DNA of 64,000 nucleotides from Elusimicrobiota bacterium (GCA_023213235.1 CP096137.1:2216908-2280907); one strand, 5' to 3'; positions 48,494 to 60,247 are shown, counted from the stretch's first letter. Translations and numbers: made by a program. Notes: a model not told the origin generated them from the letters alone.

Positions 48494-49387
48494 ATGGACG
48501 CGAATCAGCCGCAGGTGTGGGAGGACATGGTTCTCCGCGAGGCCCCGGCCAAGCCGGCGCCCGCCCCCGCCGCGCCCGTCCGCCGCGCCGAGCCCAAGGT
48601 CCAGGCCGCCTATCTGGCCCACGAGCTGCGCGCGCCCGTGACGTCCATCCGCCTGGGCCTCGAGATTCTCTCCGAGCAGATCGAGACCAAGCTCCAGGCC
48701 GACGAAAAGCAGATGCTGTCCTTGGCGATCCGCAACACCATGCGCCTCGAGGGCCTCGTCAACGACATCATGGATTACAGCAAGATCGCGGCCGGCAAGC
48801 TCGCGATCGTCAAGGAGCCCTGCGACGCCCGCCTGCTCGTCGACGACGCCGCCGACAGCCTGCGCGCCATGGCGACCGCCAAGGGCGTGAAGATCGCCAA
48901 GGACTACGCGCCGCTGCTGCCCCGCGTCGCCGCTGAGAACCGCCGCGTCGTGCAGGTGCTGATGAACCTGATCTCCAACGCGATCAAGTTCACGCCCGCG
49001 CGCGGCCTCGTGACCGTCTCGGTCGCCGAGGGCAAGTACGAGCACGCGGGCACCTTGATCTTCAAGGTCAAGGACACCGGCTGCGGCATCGACGCCTCCG
49101 ACCTCGAGAAGATCTTCGGCATGTTCGAGCAGGCCGGCGCCCCGTCGCGCCAGGCCTCCGGCACCGGCCTCGGCCTGACCTTGGCCCGCGCGATGGTCGA
49201 GCTCCACGGCGGCCGCATCTGGGCCGAGTCCTGGAAGGGCTCGGGCTCCACGTTCTGCTTCACGATCCCCGTCGCGCCGGTCGACATGGTCCGCCCCGTC
49301 GAGGTGTACGCCGAGCCGCTCGAGATCCACGGCCTGCTCGCCGACGTCGCGCGCCGCTTCAACTCCTTCCTCGCGCTGTTCGTCTAA
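48494..49387 (+). CDS. cytoplasmic histidine kinase with no recognisable sensor domain
   Basis: The preferred ATG at 48494 lies 6 nt after TACATT. The H-box is AAYLAHELRAPVTSI, with N (NLISNAIKFTP), G1 (KDTGCGI) and G2 (GTGLGLTLA) boxes. No TM segment. Confidence 0.8.
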   Translation: MDANQPQVWEDMVLREAPAKPAPAPAAPVRRAEPKVQAAYLAHELRAPVTSIRLGLEILSEQIETKLQADEKQMLSLAIRNTMRLEGLVNDIMDYSKIAAGKLAIVKEPCDARLLVDDAADSLRAMATAKGVKIAKDYAPLLPRVAAENRRVVQVLMNLISNAIKFTPARGLVTVSVAEGKYEHAGTLIFKVKDTGCGIDASDLEKIFGMFEQAGAPSRQASGTGLGLTLARAMVELHGGRIWAESWKGSGSTFCFTIPVAPVDMVRPVEVYAEPLEIHGLLADVARRFNSFLALFV

Positions 49388-49403
49388 AGCTACAATAGCG
49401 GCG

Positions 49404-50261
49404 GTGAACCGCTTCCTGCCGGTCCTGCTGCTTCTCCTCGCGCCCGTCCTGCGCGCCTCCGAGCCCCTCGGAATCAAGACCGGCGCGCGCGGCACCGTCG
49501 GCACCGGCGGCTACGTCGGCCGCGGCGCCTACCTCCAGTTCGGCGACGTCTGGAAGCTCAAGGGCACGTACTCCGACTACGCGTTCGACGGCTCGACCGG
49601 CACGACGCGCACGGCCGCCCTGCGCGGCTCATATCAAGGCCCCAATCTCTCCATAGCGCTCAACGCGTCGGTGACGCCGCGCAACGACGCCTACGCCAAC
49701 CGGTCCTTCGGCGCCGACGGCGCGTGGACCTTCCTGCTCGACGAGAGCGACGAGCCCTCCGGCCTCGAGGAGGCGGAGCTCGGCGCGTTCTGGACGCAGA
49801 CGCGCCACTCGCAGATCGTGCCCGCGACCCCGGTCCTGCCCGACGAGCGCAACGTCATCATCAACCAGCACGACCTCGGCCTGTCGGGCTCGCTGACGGG
49901 CTGGGACCTCACGCTCTCGCTCGACGCGTTCCGCTCGCTCTACGACCAGGACTTCGAAATCCTGCCCGCCGCCGTGCGCCGGCGCCCGCGCCTGACGGAG
50001 ACGGCCGCGCTCGTGAACGGCTTCCCCGAGAAGGGCGCCTCCGCGCGCCTGGAGTGGGCGCGCTGGACCGCGGTCACGCCGTACGTCGGCTACGCGGTCA
50101 CGCGCTACAAGATCCAGCCGCAGCCGAACTCCGCGACGTCGACGGTCGGCGCCGCGCTGCGCCGCGGAGGCTTCGGCCTCGACCTGTACTGGGAGCTCGT
50201 GCGGCAGAAGGCCTCGCCGGACTCCAAGTACTTCGGCTTCTCAGGCTCCTTCCGGTTCTGA
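49404..50261 (+). CDS. putative outer-membrane beta-barrel protein
   Basis: 285 aa. Signal peptide is MNRFLPVLLLLLAPVLRASE. The sequence has alternating beta-strand-like segments and the C-terminal signature FGFSGSFRF. The GTG start lies 7 nt after TACAAT. Confidence 0.55.
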   Translation: MNRFLPVLLLLLAPVLRASEPLGIKTGARGTVGTGGYVGRGAYLQFGDVWKLKGTYSDYAFDGSTGTTRTAALRGSYQGPNLSIALNASVTPRNDAYANRSFGADGAWTFLLDESDEPSGLEEAELGAFWTQTRHSQIVPATPVLPDERNVIINQHDLGLSGSLTGWDLTLSLDAFRSLYDQDFEILPAAVRRRPRLTETAALVNGFPEKGASARLEWARWTAVTPYVGYAVTRYKIQPQPNSATSTVGAALRRGGFGLDLYWELVRQKASPDSKYFGFSGSFRF

Positions 50262-50334
50262 CCCGCCGCGATTCTTCAGAGGGAGGTTTTGAGCAGAATT
50301 CTGCGCAAAACCCTCCTCGAGAAAACGCGGGTCA
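50259..50334. terminator. nested palindromes filling the convergent intergenic gap (bidirectional terminator candidate)
   Basis: TGACCCGC (50259-50266) pairs with GCGGGTCA (50327-50334). The inner arms GAGGGAGGTTTT / AAAACCCTCCTC pair imperfectly. The centre is the palindrome GCAGAATTCTGC. Both stop codons lie in the outer stem. Confidence 0.5.
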
Positions 50335-51077
50335 GCCGGCGAGCCAGGCGAGGACGCGCTCGGCGGACTCGCGGGGGAGGAGCCGAGCACGTTGTGGTCG
50401 GCGTAGGGCAGGATGACCTCGCCCTTGTAGCCCGGGCAGTCGCGCCTGAGGCCGCGCACGACGAGGGGCCACGGCACGAGCGGGTCGATGCCGCCGCCGA
50501 GGTAATGGACGGGAGCCGCGAAGCCGCGCACGACCGGTCCCGGGTCTCCTTCGGCGATCAGCTTCAGGCGCCAGGTCGTCGCCTTCCAATCCCTGCCGCC
50601 GCGCGCTCGCGCGAAGGCCATGAGCTCCTCGGCCTCCTCGGGCCCGCGCCGCGCCACGGCGTTGCAGAGCACCGTGTACCCTTTATAGACGGGATTGATC
50701 ACGCCGTAAGGCACGGCCGACAACAGCGCCCGGAACAGCCGCGCGCCCCACGGCCACGGGTGCTTGGCGAAGCCGCCCGCGAGCACGACGCCGTCGGCCT
50801 TGAACCCGCGCGCGATCAGCGCCCAAGCGACCTGCGAGCCGAAGGACTGGCCGAGGAGCCAGCCCGAGCGCACGCCGGCCTTCTCGAGCTCGGCGTGGAC
50901 GAGCTCGGCGAGATGCTCGAGCGTGACGTCGTCCTTGGAGTAGGCGAACTCGACGAAGCGGACCCTGTCGCCGAGCGCGCGGCGGAACGCCCCGATCAGC
51001 CCCCAATCGCCGTGGATGCCGGGGAGGTAGACGAGGTTCGGGCCCCGGCCTTCATGGACCCGGACGGAGACGCTCAC
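50332..51077 (-). CDS. alpha/beta hydrolase (1-nt indel at 50373-50377)
   Basis: The nucleophile elbow is GQSFGS. After the indel the real C-terminus reads SSPRESAERVLAWLAG*. Restoring one base gives 249 codons. The ORF-track tail that reads through the hairpin is an artefact. Confidence 0.7.
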
Positions 51078-51081
51078 CGGA

Positions 51082-53147
51082 TCAGCCCTCGGGCTCGTCC
51101 TCGAGGCCGCGCATGAACGCGTCCTCGCTCACCGGGCGCCCGAGGAACGCCTCGAGCGACTCGGTCTCGGGGCGCTCGGAGCCGGTCTCGAGCACCTCGC
51201 GGCGGTAGCGGCCGCCGACGGCGGGGTTCAGCGGACCCTCGGCGGCGAACGCGGAGTAGATGTCCTCGGCGAAGACGAGCGACCACAGGTAGGAGTAGTA
51301 GCCCGCGCCGTAGCCGCCCATCAGGTGGCCGAAGCTCGCCGCGGAGTTGGACGCGGGATCGGCGGGGATGCCCGTGATCTCGGCGACGACGCGGTTGAAC
51401 GCGGCGGACGGGTCGGCCGGCACGAGCGCGTGCAGGGCCATGTCGGCCGCGGCCATCGCGATCTGCTGGAGCGTGTTGATGCCCTCGTTGAACTTGCGCG
51501 CGGCGGTCATCTTGGCGAAGAGCGCTTCGGGCAGCTTCTCGCCCGTGTCCCAGCGGCCGGAGATCTCGTCGAGCACGGCGCGCTCCCAGGCGAAGTTCTC
51601 GAGCATCTGCGACGGCGCCTCGACGAAGTCGAGCGCGACCGACGTGCCCGAGAACGACATGTGGCGCGCCTTCGTGAGGACCTGGTGCATGATGTGGCCG
51701 AACTCGTGGAAGAAGGTCTCGACGTCGGAGTGCGGCAGCAGCGCGGGCTTGCCCGGGATCGCCTTCGGGAAGTTGGCGACCATCGCGGCGGCCGTGCGCT
51801 CGTAACCCTCCGGGACCTCGCGGCCCATCAGCAGGGGGAACGCGGCGGCGTGCGTGTACTTGCCCTCGCGCGGGTGCAGGTCGAGGTAGAAGTGGCCGAT
51901 CACGACGCCGTCGGCCGCGTTCGCCACCTCGAAGAGCTTCACGTCGGGATGCCAGACCTTCGCGCCCTTGACCTCGCTGAACTTCAGCCCGAGCACGCGC
52001 TGATAGACCGAGAGCACGCCGGGGACGACCTTGTCGACGGGGAAGTACTGGCGGACCTCCTCGGCGTCGTAGGCGTAGCGCTCCTCGCGCAGGATGCGGG
52101 AGTAATAGCCGCGCTCGTGATCCTCGACGCGCTCGGCCTGCGGGAAGTCGCGGCGCTTGACCTCGAGGATCGCGGCGAGCTCCTTGGCGGCGCGCGCGCG
52201 GACCTTGCCGGTCAGGCGCTCGAGGAACTCGGCGACGCGCTCGGGCGTCTTGGCCATGCGGTCCTTCAGCGCGAGCGCCGGGTAGCTCGCGTGGCCGAGC
52301 AGCAGGCCCATCTCGCGCCGCAGCTCGAGGCCCTCGCGCAGGATCGGAAGGTTCGCCGGCATCGCGCGGTTCTCGTACTTGTCGTTGAGCGCGCGGCGCA
52401 GCTCGCCGTCCTTGGCGTAGCGCATGAACGGCACGTAGGAGGGGTAGTCGAGGCCGACCTTGTACTTGCCCTCGGGCGTGCGCTCGAGGCCCGCCTTGTA
52501 GTCGGCGGGCAGGCCGGAGAGGCCCGCCTCGTCGACCTCGAGCCAGTCCTTGTGGTCGTTGATGTTCTGTTCGAAGCGCGCGGAGAGGTCGGCGAGCTTC
52601 GTCGAGATCTCCTTGAGGCGCGCGCGCTTCTCGGGAGAAAGGCCGAAGCCGGAGTCGCGGTAGCCGCGCAACGACGCTTCCAAGAGGCGCGCGTCGGCGC
52701 GGTCGAGCGTCTCGCCCTTGGCGGCGGCGGCCTCGGCGAGTTGGTAGAGGTCCTCGCGCTGGGACAGCTCGACGAAGCGGCGGCTCATGACCTTCTCGAT
52801 GGCGCGCGCGGTGCGGCGCAGGCCGGGATCGGGGGAGACGTGGGCGTTGAAGGTGAGCGGGATCGCGGCGCGCACGAAGTCGCCGACGGCGCGCTCCTGG
52901 GCGAGGATCACGTTGGCGAAGTTCGCCTGGGCCGCGGGAGTCGCGGCGATGCTCTTCAAGGCGCCGTCGAGCGAGGCGGCGGCCTGGCGGTACTGGTCGC
53001 GCATGTCCTGGCGGGTAAGGCCGAAGTTGAGGGCCGGAACCGACGGCGCGGCGCCGGGGACTCCCGCGCTGCGGACGACCTGCGCCGAGACGGGCGCGAC
53101 GGGCGAGACGGCGAGGATCAGCGCGAGAAAGAGGGGAGGGTTCTCAT
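51082..53147 (-). CDS. exported M3-family zinc oligopeptidase (Dcp/thimet-like); 1-nt indel at 53133-53136
   Basis: HEFGH zinc motif in the context FFHEFGHIMH. ATG 53147 plus one restored base gives signal peptide MRTLPLFLALILAVSPVAPVSA. Restoring one base gives 689 codons. A TAGGAT box lies 7 nt upstream. Confidence 0.8.
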
Positions 53148-53222
53148 AGCGCCGATCCTATAAAGAGGAGGCCCTCCGGTGATGAGCCGGAGGGCCCACG
53201 GCGCGGGCGGCAAAAGGCCCGC

Positions 53223-54435
53223 TTAGAAAACGCGCTGCTTGAGGACTTCGGCGACGGTCGCCAGGGACAGCAGACCCGACGCGGTCGGCTGGGGAATGCG
53301 GTTCATGGCGCGCATCATGCCGCGCCAGCGCGCGGAGGCCTCGCGGTACTCGGCGCGGCGGGTCGCGAGCGTCTCGTCCCACTGGCGGCGCACGTCGGCC
53401 GACCAGTCGTCGTAGCGGTGCTTGTACTCGGTCTTGGCGAGCACGTAGGCCTCGTGCGCCTGCTGCAGGCGCGCGGAGCCGGCGTCGAGGCGGGACTGGA
53501 CCTTCGCCCACATCTTCTCGGGGACGTTCGCCTGCGCCAGGCGCATCGCGATGAGTTCGCGCTGGACCTCGAGGCGGGCCTTGAGGATCAGCGGCTCCGG
53601 CGTGCGCTTGAGCTTGGAGGCCTGGCCCATCCACGCGAGCACGTTGATGAACCACTTCGTCGCGTCGAACTGCCACCAGCGGATGCCGTTGCGGTAGTCG
53701 GCCTGGAACTTGTGGTGGAAGTTGTGGTAGCCCTCGCCGAACGTGAGGGGGCCAGCCACCAGGAGTCGCGCGCGGTGTCCTTGAGCGAATACGGCTTCGT
53801 GCCGTAGAGGTGCGCCAGCGAGTTGATGAAGAAGGTGGTGTGGTGGACCATCACGACGCGCAGGAAGCCGCCCCACAGCAGGCCGCCGACGGGCCGGCCC
53901 TGGATCAGGCCGATCCAGGTCGGCAGCGCGAAGGTGAAGAGGATCACGAGCGGCAGGTAGTAGCGATGCTGCCACATGACGAGCTTGTCCTTCATGAGGT
54001 CGGGGACGTTGCCGAAGCGGCGCTCGTCGCGCGTATCCTTCAGGAAGATCCAGCCCATGTGCGCGTACAGGCCGCCCTTGAGGATGTTGTACGGGTCCTC
54101 GGGCTGGTCCACGTAGCTGTGGTGGTAGCGGTGGTCGCTGGCCCACTTGAGCAGGGAGTTCTCGACCGCGGCGGCGCCGAAGACGAGGTAGAACAGCTTG
54201 AGGGGAGTCGAGGCCTCGTAGGACTTGTGGGAGAACAGGCGGTGATAGCCGCCGGTGATCGAGACGCTGGTCAGGACGAACATGACGAGGAAATTGGCGA
54301 GCTCGAGCCAGGTGAAGCCGTAGTGCCACACGTACCAGGCGGTCCCGAAGAGGGCGACGAGGGGGTGCCGATGAGGAAGGTCGTGTTGACGGGGTCGAGC
54401 GGGCGGTCCTTCTGCTGCTGGGGGCGATAGGCCAT
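53223..54435 (-). CDS. acyl-CoA (delta-9-type) fatty acid desaturase with a C-terminal helical extension; indels at 54361-54365 and 53747-53751
   Basis: His boxes HRLFSH, HRYHH and HNFHH. The start ATG 54435 (MAYRPQQQKDRPLDPVNTTFLIGTP) lies 5 nt after TACAAT. Restoring two bases gives 405 codons. Confidence 0.8.
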
Positions 54436-54498
54436 AGTCCATTGTAGCGGTTCCGTCGGGGGTTTGCCATAGGCCCTAAAGTGCTATCCTTCACCCCT

Positions 54499-55481
54499 AT
54501 GAGCCTGGCACCCGTCAGCGGCCCCCGAAAGGCGTCCTACGCGCTGTTCTTCCTGGCGCTCGTGGTCGTCGCCCGCTTCCACCTGGGCCCCTGCCTGCTC
54601 GCGGCCCTTGTGTCCTACATGATCATGGACATCACGGAGCGCCGCCTGCGCGACCTGGGCGTGCGGCCGCGCCTGACGCGCGCCTCGGCTCTCTTCGCCT
54701 TCGCCGTGCTCTCGACGGCGCTGGGCTGGATCTTCTTCAACTTCGCGCGCGTCGGCGTCTCGCGCCTGCCCGTCCTGCTCGACACGGTCCTGCCGCGCCT
54801 GACCGTGCTCGCGGAGACGTTCGGCCTCGAGTCGCCGATCGACAACGCCCAGGAGCTGCGCGACCTGCTCGTCACGAACGCGCGCGAGAATTTCTCCTCC
54901 GTGACGAAGACCAGCGGCCTGCTCACGCGCGGCTTCGCCCAGGTGCTCGTCGGAATGTTCGTCGCGGCGCTGCGGTTTCTGACGAACGAGGAGGCCGCCG
55001 GCGACGCGAATCTCTACGAGGTGCTCAGCGCCGAGTTCTCCGCGCGCGTGCGGCTGTTCGTGCGCAGCTTCGAGCGCGTCGTCGGCGCGCAACTGACGAT
55101 CTCGGTCGTCAACACGGCGCTGACCGCCATTTTCTCTACGCGGCGGGCGTGCCGTTCAAGACCTTCCTGATCCTGACGACCTTCGTCTGCGGCCTCGTGC
55201 CCATCGCGGGCAACGTCATCAGCAACATCGCGATCGTGACCGCCGGCCTGACCGTCTCCGTCCAGCTCGCGACGGCGGGGCTGATCTACCTCGTCGTCAT
55301 CCACAAGCTCGAGTACTTCCTCAACAGCCGCATCGTCGGCGGCTCGATCGACACGCCGATGTGGATGACCCTGCTCGGCCTCGTCGTGGGCGAGGCGACG
55401 ATGGGCGTGCCCGGCGTCCTGCTGGCGCCCGCCCTGCTCCATTACGCGCGCGAAGAAATGCGCGCGATCGCCGCCAACTAG
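54499..55481 (+). CDS. AI-2E family (UPF0118/PerM-like) transporter; 1-nt indel at 55130-55133
   Basis: ORF 54481..55170 joins ORF 55149..55481 (..ALTAIFLYAAGVPFKTFLILTTFVCGLVPIAGNVI..). Restoring one base gives 328 codons. TGcTATCCT lies 8 nt upstream of the ATG. Confidence 0.65.
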
Positions 55482-55494
55482 CGGGCTCCGTTAT

Positions 55495-55573
55495 AGGGTG
55501 TCAGGCCTAACGATTAACGATTCTCTCCACGGCCGACCTGTGGAGAATCGTTAATCGTTAGGCCTGACACCCT
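55495..55573. repeat. 79-bp near-perfect hairpin element (30-bp perfect stem)
   Basis: AGGGTGTCAGGCCTAACGATTAACGATTCT (55495-55524) is the exact reverse complement of 55544-55573. A 2-nt bulge and 4 more bp follow, with loop GGCCGACC. Each arm contains the tandem AACGATT AACGATT. Confidence 0.85.
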
Positions 55574-55579
55574 CTAACG

Positions 55580-57883
55580 TTAGGGCTTAAGGGAGAGGAG
55601 CTCGGAAAGGCGCGCGGCGTTGGGCGCGCCGGGGCGGGACTTGAGCCAGCGGAAAACGCGCACCTGCGCGGACGCGCGCCAGCCGTTGATTCCGGCCGCG
55701 GCGGCGGCTTCGGCGGCCTCGACGAGCGCGGCCGAGGACTCGTCGGCCGCGCCGTTCTCGAGGCCCGTGAGCAGGCGCTCGACGCCGCGCGCGAAGGGTT
55801 CCTCGGCCCGCGCGGCGGGGCGGGGACGCCGGCGGCCTTCGCGCGCGCGGCGACGGCCTTGACCTCGTCGAGCGCGCCGAAGCCGTCTTCGGCGAACCGG
55901 CGCGCGGCGCCGGCCAGCGCGGTCGACAGGGCCGTGTGCGTCTCCTCGTCGAGCCCCGGAGGCAGGGGCAGGTCCAGACCGCGGAAGGTCTCGGCCAAGG
56001 TCAGCGCGTCCTCGACCTGATCGCGGCCGGCCGATTCCCAGCGGGCCAGGCGCCGCTTGAGCACGGTCGTGAGCACCTTCTCGCGCTCGTCGGGCCGCAG
56101 GTCGCGCAGGAGGAACACGCGGCCCTCGGGCAGCGCCCCGGGTTCGCCGGCGCCGGCGGCGGCGCGCACGAGCTGCTCGAAGCGCTCCGGCAGCAGCGCC
56201 TCGGCGCAGACGTAAGTCTGGACCTTCTGGCCCTTGAGGATCGCCGAGAAGAACGTGCGCGTCCAGCGCGCGCCCGTGCAGCCGTCGCGGAACGTCGCGC
56301 GGCCGGCGGCGACGGTGACGCCGCCCTCGACGCGGCGCGTGAACGAGGCGTCCTCGACGCCGTGGTGGTGCACGAACTCGGGCGCCTGGTCCTCGAACAG
56401 GAGGGACACCGCGAAGTGCGCGGCGACGTGGTCGGGCGTGACGATCTGCGGCTTCACGCGCGACTGCCAGACGCCCGACGGGTCCTCGAGCGCGGCGACG
56501 AAGCCCGTCTCGAGGTCTCCGGAGCCGAGCGCGCGCGCGAGCTCGAGGGCGCGCGCGGCGTACAGGAGGACCTGGACCGGCTCGATGCGGTCGAGCGCGT
56601 CGAAGAACCAGCCGCACGAGGTGAACATCATCAGCGCGTGGCGCTGCAGTTCGAGGATCGTCAGCGCCTTCACGCGCGACGCGTCGTCCGCGGCGCCCGG
56701 CGCCCACTTCGCGAGATACGCGTCGACGTTCGCCGGCGAGCGGTCGAGCACGACCGAGACGTAGGCGTCGCGCGCGGCCCACAGGTCCGGGATGAGCCCG
56801 GCCGCGTTCTTTTCGGAGACCTCGATGAAGCGGTCGCGCAGTCCTTCGAGCGCGGAGCGGAGGGGGCCCGCCACTCGAGGCTGCCGCCGCCGGCCTCTCC
56901 GCAGCCGCAGGCCGAGCGCCAGCGCTCGATGCCGTGCGCGCACGACCACGACGTGCCGCCCGCGCGCAGGCGGACTTCGTCCTTCGGCGGGTTCTTGGAG
57001 AGATGCCACGCGAGGTTGACGGGCTCGACGCCGGCCTCGGGGAGCGCGTACTTCAGGAAGTGCGCCAGGCCCATCTCCGCGAAGGCCTCGTGGTGGCCGT
57101 AGGACTCGCCGTCGGTGGCGAGCAGGGCGACGCCGTCCGCGGCGGGGACGCGTCCGGCCACGCGGGCGGCGAAGGCGCGGCTGTCCTTCATCGATTTCTC
57201 GAACGCGACCGAGCGGGAGAGCGGGCCGTCGTAGAAGTAGACCGCGAGCGACCGCGTCCCGTCCGTCCACTTGTACGGGACGCCCGGCTTCAGCGCGTCG
57301 GCGGCGGGCTTCCAGGCCCCGGCGCCGGCGGCGCGGACCGCGTCGGCCTGGTGCGGCTCGAGAACGACGAGCGCCACGCCCTCGGCGGCCGCGGCCGACA
57401 AAGTCGCGTCGTCGGCGGCGCACTCCGGCAGCCACATCCCCTCGGCCCGGCGGCCGAAGCGCGTCTCGAAATCGAAGAGGCCCCAGCGGATTTCCGTCGC
57501 GCGGTCGCGCGGCGAGCACAGCGGCAGGATCGCGTGATGGTAGGCCTGCGCGAAGGCGTTGCCGCGGCCCTCGAGGCGCTCGGCCGAGGCCTTGTCGGCC
57601 GCGAGCAGCCGCGCGTAAGCCTCGGGCTCGGCCTTCTCGTACCACGACAGGAGCGTGGGCCCGAAGTTGAAGGAGATCAGCCCGTAGTTGTCGACGACGT
57701 CGGTCAGGCGCCCGGCGCCGTCGACGACGCGCGCCTCTCCGTTGGGCACGTAGCACTCGCGCGCGATGCGCGCGTTCCAGTCGTGGTCGCGGCCCGCGGA
57801 GGGCTGGCGCTCGAGCGCGCCCGTCCAGGGGTTCTCCCGGGGGGCTGGTAGAAATGGCCGTGGACGCAGGCGTACCGCTTCAC
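55580..57883 (-). CDS. glycoside hydrolase family 57 protein with a DUF3536-like C-terminal domain; 3 indels at 57839-57844, 56862-56869 and 55817-55825
   Basis: GTG 57883 gives VKRYACVHGHFYQPPRENPW once one base is restored. Then FNFGPTLLSW, AILPL, TDGESYGHH and MFTSCGWFFD. Restoring three bases gives 769 codons. A TAAGAT box lies 6 nt upstream. Confidence 0.8.
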
Positions 57884-57892
57884 GGCCCTATC

Positions 57893-60120
57893 TTAGGACT
57901 TTTTCGGGCGCGGGGGCAGGAGGCGGGCGAGGTCTTCCTCGCGCAGCGTCTCCCGGGTCATGAGCTCGTCGGCCATGCCGTCGAGGTAGGCGCGGTGCTC
58001 GATGAGCATGTCCGTCACGCGCTTCATCTGCTCGTCGATGATGCGGCGGACCTCCCCGTCGATGAGCTCGCGCTGCCGCTCGCTCTGCGCGCGGCCGACC
58101 GCGGGCCGCTCGCCCTCCATGTCGTAGGAGACCTGGCCGACCTTTTCCGACATGCCGAACTTCATGACCATCATGCGCGCCATGCGCGTGGCCTGCTCGA
58201 AGTCGTTCTGGGCGCCGGAGAACGTCTGCCCCGTGGCGAGCTGCTCGGCGACGCGGCCGCCGAGGGCGATGGCGATGCGGTCCTCGAGCCACGCCTTCGA
58301 GTACATGTACCGCTCCTCTTCCGAGACGGTCTGCACGAGGCCCAGCGCGTTGAGGCCGTGGGGGACGATCGTGATCTTGCGGATCTGGTCGCCGTTGGGA
58401 ACGAGCCAGGCGACGAGCGCGTGGCCGGACTCGTGGTGCGCGACGACCTTCTTCTCGAACGCCGTCATGATCAGCTTGCGCTCGTGGCCGATCGTCGTGC
58501 GCTCGACGGCCTTCTTGAAGTCGGCCGCGGTGACGTCGGTCCCGCCGCGCTCGGCGGCGAGCATCGCGGCGTCGTTGATGATCTCCTCGAGGTCGGCGCC
58601 GGAGAGGCGCGGGGTGAGCTCGGCGACGTAGCGCAGGCTCACGCCCTCGGCCAGCGGCATGTTCTTGGCGTGGACCTTGAGGATCGCCTCGCGGCCGTCG
58701 ATGTCGGGCAGCCCGACCGGGACCTTCAGGCCGAAGCGGCGGCCGCGCATGAGCGCGGCATCGAGCAGCTCGGGGCGGTTCGTCGCGGCGATGACGACGA
58801 TCTTCGCGTTGACCGGCGCGGACATCTCGGCGAGGAGCGCGTTGAGCGTGTTCTCGTACTCCTGGTTGCCGTCGCCGTCGGAGCGCTTCTTGCCCACCGC
58901 GTCGATCTCGTCGATGAAGAGGATGCCGGGCTTCTTGCCGTCGCCGCGCGCCTTCGCGAAGGCCGCGCGGATGTTCGCCGGGCCCTTGCCGACGTAGGTG
59001 TTCACGAACTCGGAGCCGTTGGTCTCATGGAACGTCGCGCCGGCCTCGCCGGCCACGGCGCGCGCGATCAGGGTCTTGCCCGTGCCGGGGGGCCGAACAT
59101 CAGCACGCCCTTGAAGCCCTTCGCGCCGAGCTTGTTGTAGGGCTCGGGGTTCTTGATGTAGTCGACGACCTTCTGGAGCTCGCGCTTGGCGTCCTCCTGC
59201 CCGGCGACGTCGGCGAAGGTGATCGAAGGCGCCGGGGCGGCCGCGGCGGGAGCGGAGGGGACCTCGTCCGAGGGGCGGCGCCGGTACGGCCGCCCGTCGG
59301 GCGTCGTCAACGTCGGGCTGTCCAGGTCGACCGTCGGCTCGATCGGCGCGGGCGCGTCGGCCTTCGCCTTGCGGTTGCCGGGCCAGCGGCCGGCCTTGTT
59401 GCGCGCGACGAGGCCGTCGGCCTCCGCCTCCACGCGGGCCTTCTCCTCGTCGGTCGCCTCCTTCCACTTCTTGTTGTTCTCGGTGACCCAGCGGCGGCGC
59501 GCGAGGTAGAACTGGACCGTCTTCGAGCCCTCGATCCAGCGCACGGTGAAGAGCAGGCCGGCGAGAGACGCGCCGAGGATCGCGAAGCCCGCCCACGTCG
59601 GGAAGGAGGAGGCGTTCTGCGCCGCCGGGCCGGCGACGTGCTGCACGGCGGGCACGGCCGCCATGACCGCGGCGTTGCCGAACGCGGCGGCGCGGTTGAG
59701 CAGCGAGGGTCGCGCCGCGGCGGGCGCGATCGAGGCGACATAGGCGTCGTCGTTGGCCGCCCGGACCGAGCCGTCGAACGCCGCGGCGAGCGCGACGTCC
59801 TTCGCCTGCGGCGCCGCGACGAGGCGGGCGGCGATCACGTCGGCCTGGGCGCGGGCGGGAAAGGGGATGATCACGGCGGTCGCGGGCGCGGGAGCCTGAA
59901 GAGGGGCCGGGCGCGAAGCGAGCGCGGGGGTCAGGGCGAGCGGCGCCAGCGCCGAGGGCGCGAACGCGGAGGCTTGCGGCAGCGACGAGACGTTCGCCGC
60001 GGAATAGTTCGCGATGACCGGAGCCTGGACCGAGGCGCGCAGCGCCTGCGCGAACGAGGGAGAAGGCAGCAGCAGCGACGCGCACAACGCGACGGCCGAG
60101 ATTCTCTTGATCATGGTCAT
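57893..60120 (-). CDS. FtsH-like AAA+ zinc metalloprotease with an atypical N-terminal region; 1-nt indel at 59087-59092
   Basis: Walker A is restored as GPPGTGKT and Walker B is ILFIDEID. The protease motif is HESGHAL. The N-terminus has a signal/TM segment, ~150 aa of Ala/Pro/Ser-rich sequence, a TM segment and a ~90-aa charged linker. Restoring one base gives 743 codons. The start may be ATG 60114. Confidence 0.8.
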
Positions 60121-60247
60121 TGATTTTAATCAACCCGGTGCCAGGCTTGCAGTCCGGAGGTCCCAATCAGGCGCGCGGCAGAGGGCCCTCCCGGAAAGGG
60201 GACCTTCGGTCCTCGCATAAAGGAGGGCATCCGTCTATCCTGAAGAC

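Noticed and set aside
50241-50331. The C-terminal tail of ORF 50241..51077, which reads through the intergenic palindrome.
   Set aside because: It is a product of the indel at 50373-50377. The repaired frame ends at 50332 with a plausible hydrolase C-terminus.
55495-55573. The long hairpin as a CRISPR repeat, a tRNA or another known RNA gene.
   Set aside because: It is a single copy with no spacer-repeat periodicity and no cloverleaf or conserved tRNA boxes. I kept it only as an unexplained palindromic element.
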